Below, piece after piece: positions 1-11,466 of a stretch of 38,272 nucleotides of DNA. Position 1 is the first letter of the stretch. Each line of letters starts with the position of its first letter. Made by a program: the position numbers and the translations under genes. The notes beneath the pieces were generated by a model, which did not search any database, had not been told where the DNA came from, and was given only the letters and a program-made list of their open reading frames with translations. Location of the stretch: the NCBI GenBank assembly GCA_044227445.1, contig JBGAWT010000003.1, positions 1 through 38,272 on the forward strand, in the 5' to 3' direction. This stretch comes from Bdellovibrionia bacterium. Lineage in GTDB: Bacteria > Bdellovibrionota > UBA1018.

Positions 1-783
1 CCCCAAAATGACTTTTTTAAGAAGGAACTGGAGTACCTGCAAAAACACAGGATGCTGCTCAAACACGAGCGCGAGTTCCTTGAAAAACAAATGGCCCTAG
101 CCGAATCGACCCTGGGCGTCCCTAAGTCCCTGCTCTGGTGTGTGCTGTTCCAGGAAAGCAGACTGGACCCCCTGCTCAATGCTTCGAACGAAGAAGCCGG
201 CGCGCGCGGCATCGGACAGTTTACCGACAACGCGTTAGTTGAGATCAACCAGGACACCGACCAATACGATTCGCGAACGAGCTACCTGCTCACCAAAGCT
301 CTCAAGCCCCAGCAGCTACCGCTGGACTTCAAGCTGGGCTTCGCGGTCAAACCAGTCCGCGTCGGCCGCTGGTGGAAGCAACCCAAGCGCGACAAGGCGA
401 GTTACTTCCATGAGGGCACCGCGGTACTGGCATCGGCCTCCTACTTAAACAATCGTTATTGGCAGCTTCGCGCGGCGCTCGATGCGCAGAAGATCTCCTA
501 CGATCCGGATCTGATGTGGCTTTACGCCGCAGCAGCTTACAACAAGGGCGCTCGCTCCATGTTCATCGTGCTCACGCAGCAGTACTTGCTTCGCGGCGAG
601 CGCGGCGTGCAGCAGCTGCTCACCAACCCTAAGCTCACCTACCATCTGCTCACCGATGCCGAAGCCCTGGATCAAACTCTCCGGGACCTTTGGCCCAAAC
701 GCCAGCGCGAGCGCTACATCGCCGAGATGGTCAAGAACATGCAGTTCATCGCCTCATGCGTGCTTCCGGAGACGAGCATATGA
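1..783 (+). CDS. Lytic transglycosylase (SLT-like) domain protein, 5'-partial
   Basis: The frame is open from base 1 (PQNDFFKKELEY...). It has SLT motifs QESRLDP (catalytic Glu), GARGIGQF and AAAAYNKG. Confidence 0.8.
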   Translation, partial: PQNDFFKKELEYLQKHRMLLKHEREFLEKQMALAESTLGVPKSLLWCVLFQESRLDPLLNASNEEAGARGIGQFTDNALVEINQDTDQYDSRTSYLLTKALKPQQLPLDFKLGFAVKPVRVGRWWKQPKRDKASYFHEGTAVLASASYLNNRYWQLRAALDAQKISYDPDLMWLYAAAAYNKGARSMFIVLTQQYLLRGERGVQQLLTNPKLTYHLLTDAEALDQTLRDLWPKRQRERYIAEMVKNMQFIASCVLPETSI

Positions 784-1355
784 GGCGCTCCGAGCTCATC
801 GCCGCCGTAGTCGGCATCAACGCTCTGCTCGGAAGCCTCGCCATCTCGCATTGGGGAGAGCTCAAACGAATCGTGATCTCCTCGCGCATGTCTGACGAAC
901 GCTTGGGCGACGATCAGCAAAACGAGATCATCGCGGAGCTCGAGCAACAAGCGACTCAGGCTAGGCATGGCGGCTCGTATCAGCTCTACGAGGACTTCAG
1001 GCGCGAGAAGGTCTTTCACGCGCAAACTCACGGACTCAAGCCCTCGTGGGGAGTGTCGCTATACTTTCTGCCCGAGACCCTACCGGCGCAATCCTTGGAG
1101 CGAAGCTTTGCGGAGAAAATCCTCTCGCCAGGAGTCGCGGCCTTGGAGCAGTCCTTTGAGCAAGGACAAGCGCAGGCGTCCCATAGTGCTTACCGCGTTC
1201 TTGAATCTCGAGTTGTGAACTACGAGGGCGGCGCTTCGATGACTCCAGACGGCGTTTCGCCCGAAGCCCAGGCTTTCTTGCGTGTCTACCGAAACTTCGA
1301 CCTCACGGCAAAAGCAGCCGCAGTGCAAGAAAAACGCGTTCCAGCTTCCAAGTAG
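780..1355 (+). CDS. Hypothetical protein with N-terminal membrane anchor
   Basis: ATG at 780 overlaps the upstream stop (ATGA). The N-terminus is hydrophobic (LIAAVVGINALLGSLAI). Confidence 0.65.
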   Translation: MRRSELIAAVVGINALLGSLAISHWGELKRIVISSRMSDERLGDDQQNEIIAELEQQATQARHGGSYQLYEDFRREKVFHAQTHGLKPSWGVSLYFLPETLPAQSLERSFAEKILSPGVAALEQSFEQGQAQASHSAYRVLESRVVNYEGGASMTPDGVSPEAQAFLRVYRNFDLTAKAAAVQEKRVPASK

Positions 1356-1442
1356 TTTGCTTCCCCCTCTTCCATTCGTTAAACTTTTATTATTCAATAT
1401 CTGTCCTGCCACTGAAGGCGGGCCCTACCAGGAGATCATGGA

Positions 1443-3089
1443 ATGAGATCTGTTCTTGCCTGCCTACCCATCGTAGCCCTTATCTCGTGCAACGAGCCGA
1501 CGGTCATGAAGTGCTCTGTCGAGAAAGCGCTTCAAAGCTCCTCAGTCAGGCAAAACTCCCAAGCGCTGTCGGTGGACATGAGATGGAGCACGGGTGGGGA
1601 CGTCCTACCGCTTCAGCCGGTTGCTCAATCCGCCGCATCGGTGAGCGCCTTGCCTCTGCTCAACGCCCACCTTTCGACTGGAGCCTCGGCTCAGATGCTT
1701 GATGCTTCGGGCAAAGTACTTTCCGAAGTTCCAATTCCCAACCTGCTCGAAGCCAAGCGCGCCGTGGGCGAGCAGATCCGCCGCGCAGGCAACCCGGATC
1801 ATATCGCGGCATTGGACCGCTGGTTTGAGGGAATCAACGTCCAAGCGCAGCTTCCTACCGACCCGCGAGCCGAGCGCATCCGGATGGACGTCAATGGCGT
1901 GAAAAAAGAGTACCTCGTGAGCGCCCTCAAAGCGCAGGCCACTCGCACAGGCGTCGTCTCTCAAGCCCTCGCGACCACCTCCTCGGGCGTTCCCGAAGGC
2001 TTTGTTCAAGTCTACGGATCCGAGAAACGCTCCAATCGCCTCAACATCTTGATCATGTCCGACGGATACAAGCAGGAGGAAATGGGCCGCTTCCGCCAAG
2101 ACGTCGAAGCCGTCAGGAGGCACCTGCTCTCACTCACGCCGTTTAAGGAATACGCTCATACGTTCAACATCTGGCGCGTAGAAATTCCCAGCGTCGATAG
2201 CGGCGTGAGCTGCGATGACGGAACAAACCGGCTTAAGAACACGGCCTTTGGAACGACCTTCCCCGTGGCCTGCATCAACGCCACGTTCGGCAGCAAGTAC
2301 AATGACCGCTTCATCATCCAAACCCTGCCCCTGCGAGCCACCGGCATTCAAGGTCAGCTCAAGGACGAAAATGGCAAGGGCGTAGCGGTATCCACCTACA
2401 TCCTAGCTAACTCCCCTAAGTACGGAGGCGCCTCGGTGTTCTTCCCGTCGCAAACCAATATGGCTGCGATGAATGCCGATATTTTCTCCCACGAATTTGG
2501 GCACGGGTTTGCGGGCCTTGCCGACGAATACGTAGCTCCCGGCGATCCGTGCAATATTTTTGCTTGGGACAAGCCCAACGTGAACGCCAGCGCCACGACG
2601 CCTGACAAGGTCAAGTGGAACGCGTGGCTCGACAAATCAGTTCCGCTGCCGACGCCTGCGACCGCAGAATTTCGGGACAAGGTGGGCCTCTACCAAGGAG
2701 CCGCAGACTGCGCGACGTTGTTCTACCGCCCCGCTCAGATGTGCAAGATGGAATCCAATTACGGAAGCTATTGCAAGATCTGCCGCGAGCAAATGGTGCT
2801 GAGACTTCACGACGTGTTCAGGCCCATTGAAAGCGAGATCACCCAAGCAGCAAGCGGCGGCAAGCAGACGTTTGATGCTCAAGTGCAAAGCCCAAGCGGC
2901 GGGCTTGAGACGCATTGGTTCGTGGACGGCAAAGAGGTCCAGACCGGATCAAGATACGCGCCTCTGCAAACGAGCCTCTCGAGCGGAAAGCATCAGATCG
3001 TGCTCACGGTTAAGGACAACTCCGAATACGTGAGACGCGACCAGTGCCACCTCTTTGAGGCGCGCAAGCTCGACGTTACTGTCCAGTAG
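1443..3089 (+). CDS. M64 (IgA peptidase-like) metallopeptidase, predicted lipoprotein
   Basis: Lipobox LISC; ILIMSDGY motif; zinc motif HEFGHGFAGLADEY; C-terminal YRP..CKM..YCKIC; AGGAG upstream. Confidence 0.85.
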   Translation: MRSVLACLPIVALISCNEPTVMKCSVEKALQSSSVRQNSQALSVDMRWSTGGDVLPLQPVAQSAASVSALPLLNAHLSTGASAQMLDASGKVLSEVPIPNLLEAKRAVGEQIRRAGNPDHIAALDRWFEGINVQAQLPTDPRAERIRMDVNGVKKEYLVSALKAQATRTGVVSQALATTSSGVPEGFVQVYGSEKRSNRLNILIMSDGYKQEEMGRFRQDVEAVRRHLLSLTPFKEYAHTFNIWRVEIPSVDSGVSCDDGTNRLKNTAFGTTFPVACINATFGSKYNDRFIIQTLPLRATGIQGQLKDENGKGVAVSTYILANSPKYGGASVFFPSQTNMAAMNADIFSHEFGHGFAGLADEYVAPGDPCNIFAWDKPNVNASATTPDKVKWNAWLDKSVPLPTPATAEFRDKVGLYQGAADCATLFYRPAQMCKMESNYGSYCKICREQMVLRLHDVFRPIESEITQAASGGKQTFDAQVQSPSGGLETHWFVDGKEVQTGSRYAPLQTSLSSGKHQIVLTVKDNSEYVRRDQCHLFEARKLDVTVQ

Positions 3090-4650
3090 AGCGGTCTTCG
3101 GCTTCTTTTAAGAAGTTGAGCGAAGGCTCGACCCCAAGCCTTTGTCGAACGCGGTCTAACCACGAAGGTCCTTTGACCTTCTTTGCTGTGCGCAGGACAA
3201 CTCGTCCGGTTTCGCCCTCAGCGGGTTCGGTGATTAAGAGCCTTCCCTTATCAGGCTCGCTCGTCCATTTGCAGCCATCGCAGATCACTTCGTAACCGTC
3301 TTTGTAAAGACGAGGTGCGATGGAGATCTCGGTTGGAGCCTTAATGCTGCGATCCGGGCGGTACTTGAAGATAAATCCTTCGCTCTCGGGCGAATAAAGC
3401 CAATTCACAGGGTCACCTGCCACGCGAGTTGGATAAACGCGAATGAGGGCGCGCATGAGTTCAGGTTTTTCGTCGCCTTGCGGGCCGGGCTTCTCGTGGC
3501 CCTTTCTGACCAAGATCCCGTACCAGTTGTCGCGCGTATAGTTCCAATACGAGTTGCCCGCCGCATGCATGCCGGCAGCTTCGTTTTGGGTGTTCATGTA
3601 CTCAAAGATATTGGGGCGATCGGCCATTCCGCCGTACTCGCCGATCCAAAGCGGCGCATTCAATTTGTCGGCATCGCCCTGAAGCTCTTCGACGTGGTGC
3701 CTGAGCGCAGGTTCGTGATCGAGCAAAAATCCTGCACCCGTCTCGGCGTTCACGTCATACGAGTGAGGCGCGTAAACGATATTGTCGAAATCCAATTCGA
3801 GATTGGGCGCAATTCCCATGTTGCGCGTGGACGACGGTTCGACGAAAGCGATCCAGTGCGGGGCGTATTGGCGGATGCGCTTGACGACTAAATTATAATA
3901 TCGGCTGAGCCTCGTACTATCGAAATTCGCAATGTTGACGTGAAAAGGCTCGTTGAGCGGATCAAAACCAATCACAGCGGGGTGATCGCCCAATCGCTGC
4001 GCGACAACGGCCCACGAATGGATCATGTGGTCCATGACTTTGGAATTAGGAGCCCAAAGCCTGATCAAGCAATCCATCACCGAGGGGCGCAGGACATTGA
4101 AAAACCACGGGTCGATAGGATCCATCGATCGGAAATCAGCGTAGTTCCTCTCGTTGCATGCCCAAAGCGGAGCTCCATCGCCGTCAGAGCCACCGCGGCC
4201 GTCTTCGTCGCCGCCAAAATGAAAGCCCTCACCGAACACGTCTTGGTGCATATCCAGCACGACGCGGATGCCGTGATCATGGGCCCAATCCAAGCGGTGC
4301 TTAAGCTTGGTGAGATATTCTTGGTCCCACTTTCCCTTTCTGGGCTCAAGCGCGGCCCAAGGCATGATGAATCGAATGACATTCATGCCCCAGTCGTCGT
4401 GGATGCGGGCGTAATCAGGCTCTTCTTGGAAATCTAAAAACGGAGGGTGCTTTTGCTTTTGGGAGATGTTCACTCCGCGCAAAATGACAGCGCGGCCGTG
4501 CTCGTCTCGAATGAACTTTTTGTGGGCTTTCCAAAGCCTGGCGGCTTCGATATCTGCAGTCGATTCGGCTCGGGTGAAGTGGGCTACGAATCCGCCCAGG
4601 CCTGCGATCAACCCCACTACCAATGCGCTACGCAAATACACAGCCCGCAT
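3076..4650 (-). CDS. Glycoside hydrolase family 5, endoglycoceramidase-like, secreted
   Basis: DEHGRAVILRGVN, VVLDMHQD, catalytic NEP and GEYG motifs, C-terminal YPTRVAGDP beta domain, signal peptide, GAGGTG RBS. Confidence 0.88.
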   Translation of the reverse strand: MRAVYLRSALVVGLIAGLGGFVAHFTRAESTADIEAARLWKAHKKFIRDEHGRAVILRGVNISQKQKHPPFLDFQEEPDYARIHDDWGMNVIRFIMPWAALEPRKGKWDQEYLTKLKHRLDWAHDHGIRVVLDMHQDVFGEGFHFGGDEDGRGGSDGDGAPLWACNERNYADFRSMDPIDPWFFNVLRPSVMDCLIRLWAPNSKVMDHMIHSWAVVAQRLGDHPAVIGFDPLNEPFHVNIANFDSTRLSRYYNLVVKRIRQYAPHWIAFVEPSSTRNMGIAPNLELDFDNIVYAPHSYDVNAETGAGFLLDHEPALRHHVEELQGDADKLNAPLWIGEYGGMADRPNIFEYMNTQNEAAGMHAAGNSYWNYTRDNWYGILVRKGHEKPGPQGDEKPELMRALIRVYPTRVAGDPVNWLYSPESEGFIFKYRPDRSIKAPTEISIAPRLYKDGYEVICDGCKWTSEPDKGRLLITEPAEGETGRVVLRTAKKVKGPSWLDRVRQRLGVEPSLNFLKEAEDRSTGQ

Positions 4651-4739
4651 ACAACACCTCAGGGCGGAGCATTTTCAAGTTTCAGGCCAGGGCCTATGGC
4701 CAATATATGAAGGCTGTGGCCAACGTGGGTGTCTAAGGA

Positions 4740-5985
<1,246 letters not shown>

Positions 5986-6053
5986 TTCAACTATCTTGTT
6001 TAAAACTCTATTCCTTAACCGGGATCACTTTGGTTTGGCAGCGCCTTCGCACT

Positions 6054-7343
6054 TCAGCACGCGCAGCGTGAGGTTGGTGAGAAGTCACCCGAGGCTCGTT
6101 GTTCGGCTGCATCCCAAAGATCGAAGTAATGACCTCCGTACATCCAATCACGGATATTGCCGAAGCCGCGAGCCATGGGCTTGGAATACGGGTTGATATC
6201 GACCTCAATGGAGTTGGTGGTACTAACAGCCGTAAAAGACCCTTTGGCTAGATGCTTAGCGAGCTTGATCCAGGTCTCTTCTTCCTTTGAAGGGACGAAA
6301 TCCAAGGGACGATCACCGAAGTCACAGGCGAAAAAGACGATAGTCACACCGGGCTTAAGTACGCCCTTGGGCAGCCGGCTCTCGATCTGGCCCATCTGCC
6401 CGCTAAGATACTCGCCACCAATTCCCAAGCCGCGAGGATTGCCGTGGAAGGCCAGAACAACAACGTCGCTTTGGCCTGCTTCTTTCAGAGAGTTGCTGAG
6501 CATGTCGAGGCTCGAAGCATAGAATTGCTTCACGGATTTGGCCTCGCGCGGAAGACTTCTGCCGATTACCGAGCTCCAATCCCAAGGAGCCATCGCTCCA
6601 CCCGATAAGTAAGGATCGAAAATCACCGTTACATTGGATTCGCTCAGCGGCTTCTTAAATTGAGTCTTCGCTTCAGCTAAATACGTTTGTTCCGGGATAG
6701 TCGGACGAATCTGATTAGCAGCAGCCGAAAGTGGATCCAAACCAGCAAACCCCAGGAACAGAGAGGTCAACACAACTCGCCTCAAGCGTTTGCTTTCGGG
6801 AGCGGCTAGCATATTGCCTTTGTACTCTTGCATTGCTTCTGACCGCGCTAGATGGATCTGTCGGGTCACCCATTTTCGATCCGATTCAGAGGCGCGAATC
6901 GAAACCCCAGACTCGATCTGAGTCATCCAGCGCTCGATGCGCTCGTCGCTGAGATTCTGAAAAAACTTACCGACGCTTCGTGAACGCCACCAGAAGCGAA
7001 TGAGATTGAATACTCCCGGCATGAGGTAATCCCCGGCCAGGGCGCGCAGCGATTCGACTTCCGGTTTATGCTGCCCGGGTTTTGGCACCCAGCTCAAGTA
7101 AACGTCCAACGCTCTTCGCTCTTTTCTTGTGAGCTCAAAGGTCTTGGGATTGGCGCTCAGTATTTGAAAAAAGGCTCTCGCCGGGTAGTCCGCGTTCCGA
7201 AGCTTGGTGACGCAATTTTCTTCGACCGCCGGCGTTGGAGCCTCCGCGACAGGCGCAGGAGGAGTCGGCGTCACAGGATCCGCGCTCCAAGCTGGAGCGA
7301 CGGCAAACAAACTCAAAGCTGCAAGCATCACACGCGTTCGCAC
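6054..7343 (-). CDS. Secreted hypothetical protein with a C-terminal DUF4347/caspase-fold-like domain
   Basis: Signal peptide ending AWS-A, Pro-rich linker, motifs VVVLAFHGNP and TIVFFACDFG. The extreme 3' end may be affected by errors. Confidence 0.65.
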   Translation of the reverse strand: MRTRVMLAALSLFAVAPAWSADPVTPTPPAPVAEAPTPAVEENCVTKLRNADYPARAFFQILSANPKTFELTRKERRALDVYLSWVPKPGQHKPEVESLRALAGDYLMPGVFNLIRFWWRSRSVGKFFQNLSDERIERWMTQIESGVSIRASESDRKWVTRQIHLARSEAMQEYKGNMLAAPESKRLRRVVLTSLFLGFAGLDPLSAAANQIRPTIPEQTYLAEAKTQFKKPLSESNVTVIFDPYLSGGAMAPWDWSSVIGRSLPREAKSVKQFYASSLDMLSNSLKEAGQSDVVVLAFHGNPRGLGIGGEYLSGQMGQIESRLPKGVLKPGVTIVFFACDFGDRPLDFVPSKEEETWIKLAKHLAKGSFTAVSTTNSIEVDINPYSKPMARGFGNIRDWMYGGHYFDLWDAAEQRASGDFSPTSRCAC

Positions 7344-7362
7344 GGGTAGGCCGGTATCAATT

Positions 7363-7382
7363 AAGACTTAATAAGTCAACTA
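7363..7382. promoter_or_regulatory. Palindromic operator-like site, also a TTGACT -35 element for the minus-strand gene
   Basis: Inverted repeat GACTTA-A-TAAGTC at 7365-7377. The 13-mer AATAAGTCAACTA is shared exactly with 8192-8204. Confidence 0.45.
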
Positions 7383-7500
7383 ATGATAGAAACCACCGTC
7401 TTGACTTAATCTCCACACTCCCTTGACCGCCTCAGGACAACGCCAAAGCTAAAACTGGGTTAGTTTGCGCTCACTTAACGCAACGCATTGGAGAAGAAAT

Positions 7501-8169
7501 ATGAAAGCCCTCATCCAGCTCATCGCCCTATCCGTAACCGCCACCCTGGCCGTTTTAAGCGCCGAGGCCCATGCCTCCGGAGGCTGCGCTGCCCTGGGCC
7601 TCACGGGTAAGCTCAAGGCCGATCAAAAGGTCATCACCGTGGGAACGGACTTCATGATCACCAATGCTTCGGGTGACAAGGTGGGCCTCATCGAAGAGCG
7701 CGTCCTCAAATGGACGACCACCTTTGAGCTCATGGACCCTACGACCAAGCGCCGAGCGGCCTGGGCCAAGGAACGCTTCTTTGCTTGGGGTACCACCCTG
7801 GACATCTTTGATTGCAACGACAAGCTCATCGGAACGGTGTCCGAGAAGATCCTCCAAAGCCTCTTTAAAGTGACAACGGAGTACACCATCACCGACGCCA
7901 ATGGAAAAAGCCTGGGTCTCTCAAACAAAGAAGACTTCATCTGGACCACTTTTGAGATCCGCGACGCCCAATATGGCCTAGCAGCCACGATGAAGCGCAA
8001 GCTGCTCACCTTCATGAGCGATGTGTGGAACATCACGATCGCGGCAGACTCCAAGATCGACCCTCGCCTGATGGTTTTTCTGCCGGCATTTAAAACCGCT
8101 CGCGACGATGCCCGTAAGGCCGAAGCCGCCAGCGAAGTGGTCGACGAACTCCTTTCGGACGACAATTAA
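7501..8169 (+). CDS. LURP-one/scramblase (tubby-like) family protein with signal peptide
   Basis: GGAG RBS before ATG 7501; signal ending AHA-S; repeated 'I.D..G..vG.i.ek' beta-hairpins; C-terminal IDPRLMVF helix. Confidence 0.7.
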   Translation: MKALIQLIALSVTATLAVLSAEAHASGGCAALGLTGKLKADQKVITVGTDFMITNASGDKVGLIEERVLKWTTTFELMDPTTKRRAAWAKERFFAWGTTLDIFDCNDKLIGTVSEKILQSLFKVTTEYTITDANGKSLGLSNKEDFIWTTFEIRDAQYGLAATMKRKLLTFMSDVWNITIAADSKIDPRLMVFLPAFKTARDDARKAEAASEVVDELLSDDN

Positions 8170-8184
8170 GCTCGATTCCATTTA

Positions 8185-8213
8185 TTGACAAAATAAGTCA
8201 ACTATTATAAGGT
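8185..8213 (+). promoter_or_regulatory. Sigma70-type promoter overlapping a TTGAC-N7-GTCAA palindrome
   Basis: TTGACA (8185-8190), 17-bp spacer, TAAGGT (8208-8213), 8 nt before ATG 8222. No Shine-Dalgarno sequence. Confidence 0.55.
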
Positions 8214-8221
8214 CCGCCGCC

Positions 8222-11200
8222 ATGAAACGATTCAACTCCCGAGCCCTCATTGCCACGCTCCTTCTTGGAACGATCGCAGCCTCGACTGCCGGTGCCTCGA
8301 TCTTCGAGTTCAACGTTTCGGGTGAGAATGGAGCGGATGGCGCTAACGGGCGAGACGGCTCTGGCTCAGGCGGCGACGGCGCAAACGCAACCCAATCCAA
8401 GCCAGGTCAACATGCGGGTGAGATGACCATTCAAGTTTCGCCTCAATCCCCCACAGGAGGCGCAGTCGTACTCAAAGGAACGATCACACCTCCAGGCAAG
8501 AACGCTCCGCAAAACCAAGCGCCTTCGGTACAAATCGGTTCGAGCGGATTCATCGTACTCAAAGCGCGCGGAGGCAAAGGCGGCGACGGTGGCAACGGAG
8601 GCGATGGCGCTACAGGATATCGCGGCAGCGACGGAAGCGATGCAACTCGCTACTCCAGTGGATCTGACGGCAGCAATGGTGGACCCGGCGGTGACGGCGG
8701 TAATGCCACCAGCGGCTCCAACGGCGGCAAGGGTGGGCGAGTCACCGTGCAGCTCTCGCACAAGGACACTGATCTGCTCATTTTGTTTACTCACGACATC
8801 AATGGTGGCAAAGGCGGTAAGGCCGGTAAGAACGGCTCGGGCGGTTCCGGTGGCGCGGGCGGACGCGGCGGCAGTTCGTATTCGTGGACCGAAACTGAAT
8901 ACGACACCGAGAGCTACACGGATAGCGATGGAAACTCCCAAACTCGCACCGTTACTCGAACCACTCACCACTCCAACTCAGGCGGCAGCGACGGCTCGCG
9001 CGGCCGCAGCGGAAGCGACGGCAACGCCCGGGTTTCTAACGGCGCCGATGCACCAGACGGCCATTACCAAGTCGACGTCACCCAAGAAGACGGCAGCGTC
9101 AAGACGTTCACTGAGCGCTACGACTTAGCACTCACCGGTTACGAGATCACCCACGGCCAAAATGCGGACTCGATCATCGAGCCAGGCGAAGCCATTCAGA
9201 TTCGAAAAATTCGGGTCAAAAACACAGGCAAGATGCCCACGCCTTCGCACCAAGATGTTTTGGTCTATTTGAAAAACAGCGAATGGGCGATCTCCGAGGG
9301 CGAGCAGTTGGCAATCCCCCGCTCCATCGCCCCTGGCCAAGAAGTGACGCTTGAGCAAGTGATTAACTTCAAGGTCAAGGACACCACGATCACCAAGCCC
9401 GGAGAGCGCTTCGTCATTCGCGACACCATTTCGCCGGTGGCCCTCATGAACCGCGCCAACCGGCACTTTGAGAACTTCCCCAACCAACAAACGTTTGAAG
9501 TGACCTACCCCGTTGAGATCAGCCCGATCACGGCGCTTCCCTCGCTCGCTCCCGGCGAATCCACGCAAGTCATCTGGAAGGTCACCAACATCTCTAAAAA
9601 AGACTTCGGTGGTGAATCCGAACTCAGGCGCATCATCCAAACGGGCATCAAGCGCATGGGTGGGGACCTCTCGCCTGAGAGCATCACGCTCACGGACTCC
9701 GAAGGAAAGCCCGTGTCCCTCGAACAAGGCTTCTTGCGGCAGATCAGCCTGCTTAAGGCGGGCGAATCCACTCTCGTAACGCTGAACCTCTCGGTTTCGA
9801 AAAACGCGACGGCCTATACTTCGTCTAACTTCCACTCCTCTCTCGGCATGGGCACCTTTGACCGCGCGGCAGTGGCCAAAGACATTCAGTTCCGCGACTA
9901 TTCAGTCCGAGTGGCTGAAAAGTACGCCAAGAGCGACCTCTCGGACTTCCTACTCGTCACCAATAACAAGACCACACGCGAAGAAGTCAACGCCTGGCGC
10001 AGGCTCACTAAGCAAATCGGCGTAGGCATGGACATCTGGGATATCTCGCTCAACGGATACTTGGACCTCACGCGCGAGCTGCAATCCGGCTCGCACCTGC
10101 TTCAGGACTTCAAGGGCAAGACGATCGTCTTCTTAAACAACGAGATCGAAGTGGCCAGCGGCAAGTCCACCTCCGAGCTCTACCTGGCTAAGTCGGATTT
10201 CTTGAAAGCCACGCGAGAGCACAACATCAACGTTCTCATCCTGGGTGACACCAAAGAGTCCACGGGCCGCTCCATCCTCGAGCGCCTCATGATCCCTTCG
10301 GACGAAAAACCCGTGTCCGAAGTGAAGGTCACGAGTTGGAACCTGTTTTCGCCAAAGGGAGTCAACGCCAAGTCGGTGGATGCTCAAGCCAAGGCCCTTC
10401 AAGAGCAACTTACCGCTCAAGACCCGCTCACCCGCCACATCGTGGTGGCAGATGTCCAGGAAGCCCCCCAGATCATCGCCAAGAAGATGGGCTTTAAGCA
10501 GGTTCATCATGGAACGTTGCGCGTATTCTCGACCCTCGATAACCGCGTGGGCACGGCTTTGGCTGTCGAAGTTCCGGGAGAGAAGCTCCATACGCAGGAA
10601 TACGTCGTGAGCCGCGACAATATCGAAGCACTCTTCCTCTCTATGGATTTTGACAAGAAGCTTCGCATCCTCAATCGCCTCGCACGCGAGGCAAAACCCG
10701 AAATGCTCACGGGCGAGGGCGGCAAGGCTTTTGGCGAATCGCTCGTGGCCGCCATCCTCACGGACCTGGCTCAAGAACAGGCCATCGTTCGCACCCACGG
10801 TCTGGGCAAAGGCAAAATGCCGCTTTTAGAAAAATTCGTGGGCACTAAGTTTGGCGGAACCGCTACGGTGAACGTCGAAGCCAAGGAGCTACTCCTGCAG
10901 CTGGCCTCGGGAGTTCGCTTCATCTCGTCTAGCCAGGTCGTCTGGTGGGATCACTTGATTCCGCTCCGGAACAACCGATTCCGCACCTATGAGACCGAGG
11001 CCCTGGTGGATCGCTTCTTGGATCTGAACTTCGGTGGACTCAAGCGCGGCGTCTTCGCTTCAAGCGAGGAAGTCGAAGGCGGATTTAAGCTCAACGAGGA
11101 AGCCCGCAAGGAAGTCGCCACACGCCTCAAGAAGATGCTGGGCGAGACCAAAGCCGCAATCAAGGAATCCAAGCTCGGTAAGCCCATCGAAGCGATGAAC

Positions 11201-11395
11201 CGAGTGCTACGCCCCCTGCTCAGGCCGGGCGTGGATTCGAGCATGGAAGTGCTTACTACGGGCGATTCGCGAGTGATGTCCGGGGGACACTTCGAGAAAT
11301 GGCGTCTGTACGATCAAAGCCGCGCCAATGCCCGAGTCCAAGCCATGGATGCCAACGAAAAAGCTAAGTGCACCCTGGCTCTTGAGCCAAAATAG
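8222..11395 (+). CDS. Large secreted protein (1057 aa) with a Gly-rich N-terminal region and Ig-like domains
   Basis: Signal peptide, GG.GG.GG repeats, [13 protein letters not shown] Ig-like motif, long uninterrupted ORF. Confidence 0.85.
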   Translation: MKRFNSRALIATLLLGTIAASTAGASIFEFNVSGENGADGANGRDGSGSGGDGANATQSKPGQHAGEMTIQVSPQSPTGGAVVLKGTITPPGKNAPQNQAPSVQIGSSGFIVLKARGGKGGDGGNGGDGATGYRGSDGSDATRYSSGSDGSNGGPGGDGGNATSGSNGGKGGRVTVQLSHKDTDLLILFTHDINGGKGGKAGKNGSGGSGGAGGRGGSSYSWTETEYDTESYTDSDGNSQTRTVTRTTHHSNSGGSDGSRGRSGSDGNARVSNGADAPDGHYQVDVTQEDGSVKTFTERYDLALTGYEITHGQNADSIIEPGEAIQIRKIRVKNTGKMPTPSHQDVLVYLKNSEWAISEGEQLAIPRSIAPGQEVTLEQVINFKVKDTTITKPGERFVIRDTISPVALMNRANRHFENFPNQQTFEVTYPVEISPITALPSLAPGESTQVIWKVTNISKKDFGGESELRRIIQTGIKRMGGDLSPESITLTDSEGKPVSLEQGFLRQISLLKAGESTLVTLNLSVSKNATAYTSSNFHSSLGMGTFDRAAVAKDIQFRDYSVRVAEKYAKSDLSDFLLVTNNKTTREEVNAWRRLTKQIGVGMDIWDISLNGYLDLTRELQSGSHLLQDFKGKTIVFLNNEIEVASGKSTSELYLAKSDFLKATREHNINVLILGDTKESTGRSILERLMIPSDEKPVSEVKVTSWNLFSPKGVNAKSVDAQAKALQEQLTAQDPLTRHIVVADVQEAPQIIAKKMGFKQVHHGTLRVFSTLDNRVGTALAVEVPGEKLHTQEYVVSRDNIEALFLSMDFDKKLRILNRLAREAKPEMLTGEGGKAFGESLVAAILTDLAQEQAIVRTHGLGKGKMPLLEKFVGTKFGGTATVNVEAKELLLQLASGVRFISSSQVVWWDHLIPLRNNRFRTYETEALVDRFLDLNFGGLKRGVFASSEEVEGGFKLNEEARKEVATRLKKMLGETKAAIKESKLGKPIEAMNRVLRPLLRPGVDSSMEVLTTGDSRVMSGGHFEKWRLYDQSRANARVQAMDANEKAKCTLALEPK
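8320..9060 (+). repeat. Gly-rich low-complexity coding repeats (GGxGGx/GxDGx)
   Basis: Translated blocks such as [13 protein letters not shown] and [12 protein letters not shown]. Confidence 0.75.
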
Positions 11396-11466
11396 CTATT
11401 AAACGGGCCGTCTTTACAGCCTAGTTGAGTCGTGTTACCGCAACCCCCGAGGCGGTAGTAGGGAGT

